From a virus (taxonomy: Duplodnaviria > Caudoviricetes), in IMG/VR virus record IMGVR_UViG_3300020450_001133: a DNA stretch of 64,000 nucleotides; one strand, 5' to 3'. The notes beneath the pieces are model-generated. The model was not told where the DNA came from. It saw only the letters and a list, made by a program, of their open reading frames with translations, and made no database searches. Shown one piece after another: positions 17,433-32,400 of the stretch (position 1 is its first letter; every line of letters starts with the position of its first letter). Both the position numbers and the translations under genes were made by a program.

Positions 17433-20400
17433 ATGGCTGACGATAAGCAATATAGTAAATTACCTGCTAACCAACAAACAACAGCAGTCAAAAACTTTTT
17501 TGAAAGCACCGTTGAACAGTTGTTTAGTAAAGCAAATATTGAACAAGTTTCAGGATTTGTTGGTAGAAAAGAATACGAACAGTTTGAACCTACAGACCGT
17601 TATGTCAGTCAGCCTACCAGCGGAAGAAACTTTTACAGTTTTGAACCAGTAGTAAGTTCAGTAAATCAAATAAGTGGTAGAAGTGAAAACAATGTTTTCT
17701 TTGATGACTTTGCTAACATATTAGAAAGTTATGGTGCAGATACATCAAAACAAAATGTACTTTTTGATTCAGAATTTTACAGTTTCTTACCACCAATTAA
17801 CATTGACAAATTTATAAACTTCCAAGAATATTTTTGGAGTCCTACGGGCCCTACACCTAAAACTATAGAAGGTACAGTAACAAATCCAATTAATATTGAA
17901 AAAGATATTTTAGGAAAGAAAAGTTATACAGCACCTGACGGAACAGTATTTAAAAATGGTATGATAGTAACCTTTACAGGAAACTATGCAATACCTTTAT
18001 CATATCAAGACGACCAACGTTGGATCATAGAAGGCGTTGGTGAAAGTATTATATTATTCAACAGAGACCAAAACTTTGCAACTACATTTGCAACAGAATT
18101 GAATATACCTTTTGACAATACATTAATTACCAGTACAGATGAATTAGTAAGCACACCTGGTACTAGCATGTTAAGTGGTGGTCTTATTGGATTAGCGGAT
18201 CCGGATGGCACTACAATCACAGACTCTAACAAGTTTACAGATTATGATGGATATGTTTTACATTATAATGATAGGTATGCACCAGGCGGAAGAACTCCAG
18301 CAGTTGGTTATGTTAGTATGTCACAAGTTGATCCTGATTCAGGACAGCCTTTATGGGCAGGTTACATTACACCAATTGGAACATCACTACAATATGTTGT
18401 AGGAGGTTCGGGTGCATTCGATACGCAACCTTTTGACAGTGATAATACTCAAACAGTTCCAGACTATATTATGATGCAACGTGGAGCAAAAGATAATAAT
18501 GTATGGAGTAGAATTAATTTTTGGTATCATAGACAAAACTTTTTGGACGTTGGTGACCAACTCCCAGCCAAAAGTGCTAGAGCAACAAGACCTATTTTAG
18601 AATTTGATAGAGACCTTGAACTATATAACTTTGGTAAATTGGGTGTTGATTCAGTTGAAATATCTTCTTATGATACAACATACTCAGAAGTAGACGGAAG
18701 ACCTACTAACGGAGTTGTAGATTCTGTTACATTAAGAAGTGGTAATAAAATTTTGTTCCCATCAGAAGAACAAAATGTTAGCCAATACATATATCAAGTA
18801 GAAAGTAGCACAGAAGCAACTGTTTTTGCAGACGTAACTAGTTCAACAAATATAACTTTAACATCTACAAATGATGATATAAAAGTTGGTGCAGTTGTTA
18901 GTGAGCCAGGAAATAGTTTAAACAATATTACAGTAGCAAGTATTAGTGGTACAGCACTTGTTGTTAATTCAGCAATTAGTATTACTGCAGGTACAGTATT
19001 AAGTTTTGATGATAGAGTAATTTTAAAAAGAAAACCAGCAAGTACAAATCCTGCAGGAGCAGTTGATGGTGATGCAAACTTTGTACCATATACACCTACA
19101 ACAGGTGATGTAGTCAGTATTAAGTTTGGTGCTAATAAGCAAGGTGTAGAATATTACTGGAGTGGTACTGCATGGTTAGAAGGACAAAAGAAAAATAAAG
19201 TTAATACTCCAATACTATTTAATGCTTACGATGTAAACAAAAAAGCATTAGACAATGAAGCAGTATATCCAAACAGTATGTTTATAGGAAATAAAATTTT
19301 CTCATACAAAGAAGATAATACAATTGGTGCTACAAGAGACACCGTATTGGATATGGCATTGTCATATAGAAACTTTAATAACTTTAGTGAAATAGTTTTT
19401 GTAAACAATTTAGATGATGACTTAGTGTCATATAAAGCATTTGGGTCTACGCAAGATTCATTTGTAAAAGGTTATGTGTATTACAAACGTATATTACCAA
19501 ACGGTGATTCAGAATATTGTACTACTTGGAAAACACATTCAACAAAAGCAAGTCAAATTGTAAGAGACCAATATATTGTTAGTCAAAAAGATGTTGATGA
19601 TGAGAGATTGCTTTGGAAAATTAGTGCAAAGCCAACTGACAATGCAAACAGCATTAGAGTTTATATAAATGATAAAAGGAACAAAACATTTAGTTTTGAT
19701 CCTAATCAAACTGCAATTACATTTAGCACATTTACATTCAAACTAAATGACGTAATTGATATAGAAATAAAAACTACAGAAGGTAAAATTACTGCTGATG
19801 ACAGATTCGGTCATTTTGAAGTTCCTGCTAGTTGGGTAAGCAATTATGAAAATGCAGACATTAAGGAAATATCACAACCACAATATTTAGAACATTTTAG
19901 AAACTTTGTTAAGAATCAAGAATTATTCAGTGGAGATCCATTAGGTTCTAACAACTTTGATAATTTAGAAAAAGACGAAACTTATGCAAACAGAATTATT
20001 CAAACAGATGATAGTTTGCAAATGGCATCTTGGCTAGTAAGTAATGAAAAATTTAATATCATAGATGCAATTAATTTTAATGCTAACGAATATGTAAAAT
20101 ATAAAGCAAGACTGAAATCAGAAATTAAAAGATACATAGATAACAATGACACATCTACTATGAGTAATAGTGAGATATTGGAATTTGTTTTACAAAATGT
20201 TATTGCATTTAATCCTGGTAAGTTAGTATTCGATTACAGTTACATGTTAGCATTTGGTGACAAGTACACAGAAGAAAAAATTACAATTAACAATGTTGCC
20301 ACTAAAAAATATACTCTAACAAATTACTTAGATTGTAATAATGTACAAAATACAATTTATGTTTATGACCAAGTAAACAATGTTGACACAATGTTACTTG

Positions 20401-23400
20401 TTGATAAAGATTACACTATAAACAGTCTAAATGGTGTTGTAACATTAGAGTTTACATCAACATATACACTTACATTAGGCAATATAATTAAAGTTAGACT
20501 GTTTGACTTAAACAGAGAAAGCACACAAACTCCCCCAACTCCAAGTGCTATGGGTATTACACCTCTATATGTACCTGAGATTATAAGTGATACAAGTTTT
20601 ATAAGTCCTATAAATGTTATTGTTGGACACGATGGTAGTAGAACAGTAGCAGACAATGATTTGCATGATAACATTTTATTAGAATATGAAAGACGTGTTT
20701 ATAACAATGTACTACAAGAATACAGAGATAAAGACAGTCATCCTGACTTAAACGTACACACTATCAGACCTGGTAGATTTAGAAATACAGGTCTGTCTAG
20801 AGAAAACTTTTATAACTTAATAAGAAATGATTTTAATCAATATGTTTCAAGAAACGATGTTGATTTTGTAAAAAATGAATTTTATGACACTGATAACTTC
20901 TTTACATGGAATTATAATAGTGGCACAACTAGCCCAGGCTATTGGAGAGGTATATACGAGAGTTGCTACGATACAGAAAGACCACATACTCATCCATGGG
21001 AGATGTTAGGGTTTACTAAAAAACCTACTTATTGGGACTCAACTTACGGTACAGATTACACAAGTGAAAATAAAAAACTTTGGAATGATTTAGAAGAAGG
21101 TAAAATTAGAGGTGGTTCTAGAGAGAACTTAACTAACAATAAGTTTAAAACAAATAATCCATATAGAAGAATAGGATTAAAAAATGAAATACCTGTTGAT
21201 GAAAATGGAAACTTAGTAGCACCAGCAAACATTATCAGTACAGCCGCTACAACTAAAACAATAGACTTTATAGAAACTACTACAGGTACTGCAACTGCAA
21301 ATGCAAATAGTTTTATAAAAACAATTGATGGACTAAGTGTTAAAGAAATTGGCAGTAACATTTTTGTTAGTTCTACAAATGGTGTTAATCATGAAGTTGG
21401 AACTTTTCCAAGCACAAATAATACAGCATTTATAGACTTAAACAAAGTATCAAATTATAACATTGTTTCTCTTGCAGGTAACAACAACAGCACAACATAT
21501 GGTAGTGCTACATCAACAGGAAATACTTCTGTGGGTGTTGCAGTAAATGGTGCATTAATATTTAACGGTAACACAGGTGTACAACACTCTGAATCAAGTT
21601 CATTTAATTATGATGCTATGTACAGAAATGATGTAGACAGAGATAGTGCAGGTGGATATCCAGACAGAAATAATTTGTACGGATATGTACAACCTAGTCC
21701 ACAAACAGTTGGTTTAACTGAGTGGGCAACAGATAGTCACTCACCAATTGTGGGTTGGGCATTTGATGGATTCCCTATTTACGGACCATATGGATATACA
21801 GATAGACTTAACGTTTCATCTGATATCAAAAGATTACAAAGTGGTTACAGTTTAAAAACTACAACAAGAACAACAGTTGGTGGAACACCTACAGGCGAAT
21901 TTATAGAAGATTATGAATACAGCAGTACAGGTGCAGACTTAGACGAATTCAACGGACGTTTTGGTATTACTCCAGAATATCCAAGTGGTACATATTATTA
22001 TGTAGCAACAATAGACGCAGACAGCAAACCTGCATATCCTTATACAGTAGGAGGCAAGTTTGCAGGAACATTACAAACAGAAGGACCATTTGCCGCATAC
22101 GGTGAAGAAAATGCAGGTGGTAATTCTCATGGTAAAATTGGATACTTTTATCCATTGTACTTAACAGTAGATTCTGCTTTGAGAGAATCTACATCAGGTG
22201 GATATCATACCCACACATTTAAAGAACATCCTGGTGTTAAGTTCTATATGCCTAATCAATTTTCAAATCATGGCACAGGTTCATACCCAGAAGGAACTTA
22301 CACATTATACAGTTCAGCAAATGCATTAGATTCAGGTACTGCAACTTATACATTAGCAAGTACAGAAACAATCACATTTGGTGCAACTACAAGTTTAACA
22401 AATAACACATGGAAATTCAGTGACGGTGCACCTGTTGAAAATTCATGGAAAATTTCTGAGGGTTATCCATTTGCGATTGCCTCAGCATTATATCTTACCA
22501 AGCCTGGTAAGTTTGCCAGTGTGTTTGCAGAGCCACAAAAAATAGTTCGTGGTTCTGCGAACACCAACCAATTATTAGAGAATGCTAACTTTAGAAGATT
22601 CAAAGTTAAAAATAGTGTTGTACACGGAAGTAAAGATGACGACAACAAATTAAGAGCAAGTACTGGATATACACAATTTATAGATTCATATTTGAGATTC
22701 CAGGGACTTGATACACATACTGAATTTGCAATTCCATTTGCATCAGTATCAAGTAAATTAGGTAGTAAGTTAGCAGGTTATATTGACAAAGATACAATGA
22801 CTGTATTCTTGGATAACTATACCACTACAGGTAATAGTTCAAGTTTAATACTTCCACAAGAAGATATACAAGTAGATGTACACATAGGTCCATATGCAAC
22901 AACTAATGACTATACAGGTGTATTAGTAGAACTAACAGAAGATGCAAAATACAAAGTATTTGGATTTAATAGTGTTAAAAAACATTTTGATATAGAACCT
23001 AGTTTTAAAGAAGGACCTAGAACACAAATAGAAGTAGGCGGTGAACCTGCAGACTTTACTAATTTTAGTAACACAACAAATTATCCTGCAGGTGCTATTG
23101 TTAAATCAGGATTCAATTTCTTTAGAGCAAAAGAACAAGCAAATGCAGGTACTAGTGTAACAAATACAGAAACATGGGAAAGACTTGCAAGTTTACCACA
23201 AATTGGTGGTGCTAGAGCAACACTATTCTTAGAAGGTACTGGACAAGTTGAACGTGTTGAGTATGGAACAGAATATGAAAAATTAGAAGATGTGTTTGAC
23301 TTATTAATCAGCATAGGCAGACAACAAAAGAACATGGGATATGTGTTTGACCAATATGATGACAGCATAGGAGACGTAAATGACTGGACATACAGTGGTA

Positions 23401-26400
23401 AACAATTCCTATTCTGGACATTAGGAAATTGGGCCGCTGGTAATACAATTAGTTTAAGTCCTGGTGCAGGTAAACTTACATTCCAACCTAATATAGGTAG
23501 AGTAAGTCCTATATTAGAATCAGACCAAGGACAGTTTAGCATTTTAGACGAAGAAGGTAAAGTTATTTTGCCTACAGAATGTACCATAATAAGAGAAGAT
23601 ACACAATTGATTGTTAGTCCTCCAGAAGGAAAACAACTGTATGGTATTATTCTTTACACAAATGAAATAGAACATTCAATGTTGATTAACAACCGAACAA
23701 CTTTCGGTGATACTATATTTGATGACATATTTGGATCAAGACAAAAACGTGTTAAACTAAAAGGTAAGAGAACAAAAAATTGGGACGGTACTTTAACAGC
23801 AGAAGGTTATTTAATAACAAGTAACGGCTTGAAACCAAACTATGATACTTTAGCAGATGACATGAGAAGGTACACAGAAATTGGACATGTGCCTGTTGAA
23901 AAGAATTTATATGAATTAACCAGAAGACAATATGGTTATGCAGAGAAAAAATATCTAAGAGAGTTTGAATTAATCAACGACAACCAATTTGATTTTTATC
24001 GAGGAATGATAAAAAGTAAAGGTACTAAAACAGCAATAGAGACGTTGCTTAATAGTAATAAAGTATTAGTACCGGGTTCAGTAGCAGTATATGATGAATG
24101 GGGACTGAAAGCAGGTGAGTTTGGTGATACAGAAAATGAACAAAGTTTAGATTTAAAAATAACAACTGATGAAATTACAAGTGAATCACAACTAATACAA
24201 ATTGCTTACCCTGAAAACATTGTTAGTAAAGTTAAAGAAGTTGAAGTCCTGGATAGAACAACAGTATTCTATCAAAGACCTATATTAGAAATTGAACCAC
24301 CACCAGCAGAGATTCCAGGATCTTTCACATACGGTGGAGGTACAACTGCTAAAGCAACAGTTAATATTTCACAAGACGGAACTATTAGTGATGTAACAGT
24401 TGATGAGCCAGGATATGGTTATACAATTAATCCTGCTGTTACAGTTATTGCGGCTCAGTTGCTAACAGCAAATGTAACAACAAACTTCTTACAACCATCT
24501 GCTATTACAACCAGTGTAGAAATAGGTGGGTCAGCATCAGGACAATACGTTGACCATGGTGGTATATTTACTGGAGCAAATGCTTTAACAAATGGTATGT
24601 TTATAACAGACCACTTTGCACCGTCGGCTAATGCTAACACATTTGTTGACTTTACAGGACTATCCAACATACAAGCAGTTGCTAATTTAATTAATAATAC
24701 TGCAGAAGTAAACGCAAACATCAGTGCTAATACTACACTGATTACAACAGTAGACGGCAGTGGTAACTTAGTTGAAAATTATCAATTAAATATTAAAGGT
24801 AATGACTTTTCATTAAGTAATTCAAATACTCAAATAGGTAATATTGCAAATGTTAATTTGCAAGGTAAGAGATATCAACCAAGACAAAGATATAGTTTTG
24901 AAAGTGCAAATAGTACAACACATAGTGATGTAGTAATCACAGTTAATGGTAACAGCACAACAGGTAATGCCGTTGGTGCTGGTGGTAATATAGATTGGGA
25001 ATTTGATCCAGGCAGTAGAACAACTGTAATAAGTGACAGAGGACTGGTAACAGGAAATGTTTCACAAACATTTAGTTTCCAACCTCTTAGTACAGCAAAC
25101 ATAAGCACATTAGCAGGATCTATTGCAACAGATAACTTAAACATTATTAATGGTTCTTATCCTCACATAGAAGTTTATGTTAATGGTAGTTTGCTTTCTG
25201 ACAAATTAGAGTCAGACGCAACTAGCGGATATACAATTACTAATGTTGACTCAAATACAAATAATATCATATTCCATGATGTAAGTCAGTTACCAGGTGG
25301 TCAATTAGATGCCCAAGCAAATATTTTAATTGTTGAAAAATCAACTGTTGATTTTACAGATACATATCAAGGTGATTTACCAGGTAGCACTCTTAATATT
25401 AAAGTGTTTGCCAATGATGCCTTAGCGGCTAAACTAGAACAAGTTAGAACATTTGAAATTACACCTGACGATGAAAGTGATAACACAATCTTAATTGATG
25501 TTGACGATGCAAGTAGATTAGTAGTAAGACCATCAGATATGGCAGAAAAAAGTCTATGGCCCTTGACAAGTAGTGTTAGTTATGTTGGTATAGTGGACAG
25601 TAAGTATGATCCTTTACCAAACTCAGGATATGTTTCCAAGTATGATGTAGATTACCAAGCAATGGATTTAAGTGATGCTAGAGAACTGTTTAATTCAGAT
25701 GTGAGAAGACCTAAAGAAATTCCAGGTGTAAATGATATCATTCATTTTGCTAGAGGAGAACACAATGAGTTTGATGTTTATGAATTAGAAAAAGCAAATG
25801 TTTCTAGAATGTTTGTTGAATATGACGATGTTAATAATCAAAGTATTTTGTTCTCAGACGTAAGTTTAGATAACTTATACAAAGACAAAAATCAATTAGA
25901 AAGAATTACTGCTCCAATTTCAGGAGCAACAGCAGATGGTACAAATGTAACATTTACTGCAACACAATTATTTAAGAAAGGCGATAAAGTTACAATATCA
26001 AATGTAACACCAAGTGTATTTAATTTAACAAATGCAAATATTATTGCGGCAAACATTTCAGCATTTACAGTAGCAAGTAACATAAGCGGTACATACTCAG
26101 GTGGTGGTCGTGCAACAACAGATTACGATAATACATTATATTATGATAGTGTTATAGCATTAAAAGGAAATACAACATTAGGACCAAATGTTACATGGGC
26201 AGGTAACTTAACAAATGCAGAAGGTGATAAACTATTTGATCCTACAGCATTAAAGATGAATGAAAAATTAATGCTGTATGTTGACGAAACTCAGATATCG
26301 GATCAAGCAGTAGAAGTTGCCAACATTACTTTTAATCCACCAACTTACAGAGCAATATCTACTATTGCTCCAAAAAATAGTGGCTCAATTACTACTATGG

Positions 26401-29400
26401 CAAACTATCCTAATGGTTCAGTTAGAGATAGTGCAAACAGCAACTTTAGTGTACAAGCAAACGTACTAACAGGTGGTGATGTACAGATATCATTGGAAGA
26501 AAATGCCAACGCATCACCTAACAGAAGTAATATAGCAAATGGCAGATATGTAAGATTTGTGGACTCAACAAGCAGTACACTAAACAATAATGCGTTTGTT
26601 ATTAGTAATGTAATATTTGGTGATGGTAATGTAACTAATACATTAACAGGCTTTGCAAATGTAGGACCTATTGTACAATTAGAAACTTCAAACATCACAA
26701 GTAACACAAACATTGTTTACATAGATGAAGTTAAAGACGCAAACGGTAGAGTGCTTTGGGAAAATGAACAAGCAAATGCACAACTAGGAAATTATTTACA
26801 AGATTTTGATATTGCAAGTAATAGATTTTTCTCACCAACAGAAACATCATCAAACATTTTTATTGATGGTGTAAATTTACATGCTAACGGAAAAGTAAAT
26901 TATGTTGTATTAAGTGAAAATATTGCAGTATCAAGTAACATAGCCGCAAATACAGTTATTAACACAACATCTGTACAAGCACAATTTACAAATGCAAATA
27001 CAAAGATAACAACATTTACTATTAATGATCCGGGTGTAAGTTCAAATATTGCTCCAGCAGATTTAACTGCAAGTGTAGATGATGGGTTATTGGTTACAAC
27101 AGATGCAAATGTCAGTAACTTGATTGCAGGTGATACAGTATATGTTAATAGAGCAGGTGGATATACCGATACATACATTTTAAGAAAAATAGAACCTAGC
27201 GATACTCCTGCAGGAACACAAACTGGTAAAATACTATTAGATGGTTTCTTCAGTGACCCGCTTTCAAACACATTAACTGTAAATGGTGCAGTTACAGATA
27301 GTCCAAATGTTATATTAAATGGCTCTCTAGTAAACGTACAAGGTGGTATGTTAGTAAGTGGTACAGGTGTTACTGCTGGTACCAAAGTTGTTGATGTAAC
27401 AAGTCTAAGCAATATTACATTAAGTGCTAACGCAAATATTTCCAATGGTGCTACATTAACATTTACTGAAGATACGTTTGGAAATGCAGACATAGTTGAT
27501 TCAACAATTACAGTTACAACAAGAGAAAACCATGGACATCCAACAGATGGCACAGATAAGATTATTGGACAAACAATAACCATTGCAGACTTTGGTGCTG
27601 AATTCTACAACAAGAATTATACTGTATTAGATGTACCTAGTGACAATACCATTGAACTAGAAGGATTTGGATTAGGACACCCACATGCACCAGGCGATGG
27701 AAATACTTATATTAACAAACAAGCATTCGATATGTTTGGCACAGGAGCAACACAAACAAGAGGTGATTTAGACAACTTTACTGATGACAATGATGATGGA
27801 ATAGATAATAGAGTTCCAGTATTAGTTGAAACTTCACAAGGTACATATAATATAGATGGTGCAGATGTTGTTACTAGAGCATACAATTACTTAAATGCAG
27901 ATGAACTTGTTGATGAAATAAACAGACAACTTATACAAAAACAAAATAGTGTAATGGACACAGGTTCCTTTAACGCCGGATTTGCAATACCTAAAGGGTC
28001 TCTAAATGCAATGAAGCATAGTATATTTGGACCAATGGGAAGAAAAGCAGGTGGACCTAAAGCAATTAATGGTGCTGGTCGAATTCCAACTATACCCCCA
28101 GGATTCCAAGGTGCACCACAGATTAATAATACAGCCATTAACATGGCTAATCCAGGATCGTTCTTAAATCATTTTGGAGCAATAGGGCCTGCAGGAGCAG
28201 GTGGTGGATTAGGATTTAATCCATTCCCTGGTGGAACAAATGTTTCGTTTACACCAGTAGGACCAATTAATTTACCATTTAATCCTGTGAATAATACAGG
28301 AACACCTCCACAAGTTCCAACACCAGGTGCAGGTGCAGGTGGTACACAGGCTCCGCCTTCACCACCGCAAACTCCTATACCACCGATAGTACCTCCAGTA
28401 CCACCGGCTACACCAACACCTACATACAACAGTCCTAACTTGTCCAGTACAGTTAAGGTCGATTCTATAGGAAGTAATTATGGTGTAACAGTTTTGAACT
28501 TGGATACGATTAAGACAATAACTCAATTTGATGAACCTTGTCCTCCACCTCCGCCACCGCCACCACCACCACCGCCTAAGCCAGATGCGGTAACAGTTTG
28601 TGAAAAAGTTTCTAATACTAAAGGAACTGGTGTAACAGAGTGGAAAACATTTACATTTACAAGTAATAATCAATTTGACTATACTGTTAAAATATTATTT
28701 GACATGTATAGTGCAAAAGATAAAATGACAGTTTATCAGAGTAGTTCTGCAAATCAAGGATCAGGTAGAGTAATTGCTACTACACAAGGCAGTCAAGGAC
28801 TAGCATTGATGGATCAAAAAGAACTTAATGAGTTAGGAGCGGCATTTGGAATTGGTTCAGGCAGTTATTATGGTGGACTGAAAAATTATGTGGGACCTGA
28901 TGGTTCAGGTTTCTTAACATTTGCAGGTAAATTAACATTTAGTTATAATGCAGATAATGGTAGATACATACATGTTAAATTAGAAAAAACACCTAAAAGA
29001 AGTATTGCATATAGATACTTTATGTGCTATCCGCAAGACGCAACATCAGGTGCGGCGCCTAAATTGCCTACACCTCCTGTAGCGGCTTTTGTACCACCAA
29101 AGATTCCATTAGGTAATATCCCACTTGGTATTCCAAACTTTGGAAACTTAATGGCAGGATCGTTAGGACTAGGAGGCGGAACTCCAAACTTTAACTTCTC
29201 TGCTCAAATAGGTGGTATAGGTGCTTTGAGTTATTCATCACTACCTATTAATATAAATTTAGGAACAAGTAATAAGAGTTTACAGGCAAAAAATAATCCA
29301 TTTGGATCAACTGTGGCTTCGGGTACTCCTACATATAGTGCTACCACACAAAGTGGTGCAACCAATTTATTAACTTCTAATCAAGGAGCAGGTGTAGTTA

Positions 29401-32400
29401 ATTATGGTGGAGGAGGAGTTGCTGGAATCAGTGTTCCTACTGTACCAGCATCCGCAGGAACACCTGTAACAACAGGAACTAAATTTATCTCATTGGCGCC
29501 ATTAGCCAAAGCAAATGGCAAGTATCAACCTGTACAACCTCCTGTACAAATACCTGTATGTCCTCCAAAACCAAGAGTAAAAATTTGTGGTGAGCCATTA
29601 GGAGTAGGTAAAGGTGATTCATTTAAGATTGATGATTGTACAATTGATATGAACTTAGGTGCAAATGCAACATTAAATAATGTTAAGAATGCAATTGAAA
29701 GTCAATGCGATAAAGTTATTGTAAACATTAGTTCAAGTCCAACAACTAATGAACAATGTTTAAGTATTATTAAAAAGAGTTCAGACCCAATGGTTATTAG
29801 AAATGGGTGTGCAGGTGGTGTATTTAAAGAAGTACTAGACTATGCGGCACAAAAAACTAACCAAGTAAACTTTAATTCGCATCAACAACAAGATGCACAA
29901 AATAATCCAGCGGTTAATACAACATTCCAAAACCAATTGGGAGCGGCATCAAATCAGAATGATGCATTCACAATGATTACTCCTGCTAGTGTTTCTAGTT
30001 TTGTAACAAATACAGTTACAGCAGACGAGAAAAAACGTCAAAACATTATAGCACAAAGAAGTGGAGTTGCAGGTACAGGTTATAGAGTAATGGATATACT
30101 AAGGGTTGTTGGTGGTACTCCTGTAGTTAGAGTACCTGCTTTGAGTATAGAATCATTAACAGTAAACAATGCAGGCTCAGGATATTTAGACCAAAACAAT
30201 CAAGCAAGAGGATTAGAAATCAGAATAGGTGATCCAAGTGATCCAGGTGGTGGCGCACAAGCAGACATGAATAACATTGTGTTTGATACTAATGGTGGAC
30301 TTGTAGAGATACCATTACTATCAGGTGGTAGAATGTACAGTCCAGAAAATCCGCCTACAATCACAGTAAAAGGTTTAGGTAAAAATGCAAGAGTTTCTGC
30401 AAAATTTGCCACTGCAAAACCTGTAGAAAGAGTTGCTAAATTTGTTATAACACAAGTAGGTACAAACGGAGAACCTTTAAACTTTGCATGTATTGACAGA
30501 GGTGTTTACAAAGAATTCCCAAGTGACCTAGATAGTGGTTTACCATTAGAATATGATATACAAAGACAAACTCCGTCAGACAAACAAAGTGATGTATTAG
30601 GTACAGCAGGATATGAGGCAGGTTCAGGTACAGGTGCTAGAATTTATTTAACATCAAGATTTATACCAGACTGTTCAGAAAAAGGTAATGCTTTAACAGA
30701 CTTAGGATTAAATGAAGGTGTTGTTCCTAAACCATCAGATGCAGAACAATTAATGGAAACAATTAATGACTATCCAATATTTGGCCCAGACGGTTTCCCA
30801 TTGTTTGGTGCAGAACTTATAGATGACGGCAATGGATTCCAAATATTAAAAATTGGTGGACCAAACATTGATGGTATAAGACTTGGTGATGAACTTAATC
30901 CAGGTTTATTAGACTTACTAGGAATATTGCCAGGTTCATACATTAAAGATCCATTACCAGAAGCAGTTAAAATAGACACTGGTGACGGTGGTGGTGACAC
31001 AATTGGTTTCTTGGGTACAAACGAGATTAATACAACAGCAGGTGATGTTATAGGTGGCAATGCTGGTATGTTCACATACACATTGTTAGATATCAATGGT
31101 GGCAATACACCTAGACCATTTGAACTAGATAAAAGAATTAAAGTTGATGGCTTAATGCTTAAGAGTTTAAGACATGCAACGCCTCCAACAGGTTTTGAAA
31201 ATATGGCTAATGTATGGATTGACCAATACGATGCAAATGGTTGGGCATACTTAGAAGCAAATACAGTTATTAGAAAACAAGAAAAATTAGTAGATGTAAA
31301 ACGTATTACAGACGTTATAACATATGATGAGGAAACAGCACATAAAGAATTTGATATAGATTTATATGATCCATTCAAAGGTGTTATACCAGGATTTATA
31401 AGCAAGGATATAAACTATAGAAGTACAGTAGATCCTTGTGTATATGATCCTGCAAGAACAGAATGGGGTAGAGAGCAAGTAGGTACAACTTGGTGGGACA
31501 CATATAATGCAATTTATCAATGGTACGAACAAGGATCAGGTGCATATGGCATCAGTAGATATGTTGACGGCATGGTTGAAAAAGTAGGCTACAACAATAC
31601 AGAAAGAGCAATTGGTTGGGGTGAAAGATTCCCTAGTTCACAAATTGAAGTTTATGAATGGGTTGAAAGTATTAACTTGCCTAATGCATATGAAGGACCA
31701 GGTGTTGTAAAAGATCCAAATGCATTTGTTGTAGAAAAACATGTGGACAATAGAAGCGGTAAGACTGTACAATATTATTACTATTGGGTAAGAGGTGTTT
31801 TAGATGTAAGTGATACAGCAAAACAAAAATATGGTAGAGACAGAAGTGTTGCAGACTTAGAAAGACTATTAAATGATCCTTATGCAGAAAGAGTTGCTTT
31901 TGCAGGTATTATTTCACCTGACGGAATGATTGTTAATACACTATCTGATTTAATTAAAACAGATGAAAGTATTTTAAGTGTAAACTTCAAACGTAAAGAT
32001 CCAATTGCAAGTCAGAAACATAGTAGTTGGAGACTAATTGGTGAAGGCGACCCACAAGAAAGTATACCTGAGAATTTAAGTATAAAACTAATAGACAGTT
32101 TAGCAGGTTATAATGCAATTAATCAAGTTGTACCAACCAAAGGATTGAGTACAGCAGAACGTTACGGTTCTAAGTTTAGACCTAGACAAACAATGTTTAA
32201 AAATCTCAAAGATGCTAGAAAGCAAATGTTTGATGCATTAAATGAAATCTTTAGAGAAGTTAAAATGGACAGCACGTTCTTAGATTGGAGAACAAAACTT
32301 CCTGCTACATTAACTTATTTAGATACTGTAAATTGGTTTGAAAAACTAAGAGTTAGTGGTATTGATAATTCGCAACTATACTACAACGAAGATTATAAAC

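Noticed and set aside
28542-28577. Polyproline run as a phase-variable simple sequence repeat
   Set aside because: The codons are mixed (cct/cca/ccg), so the run is selected at the protein level rather than being a slippage tract.
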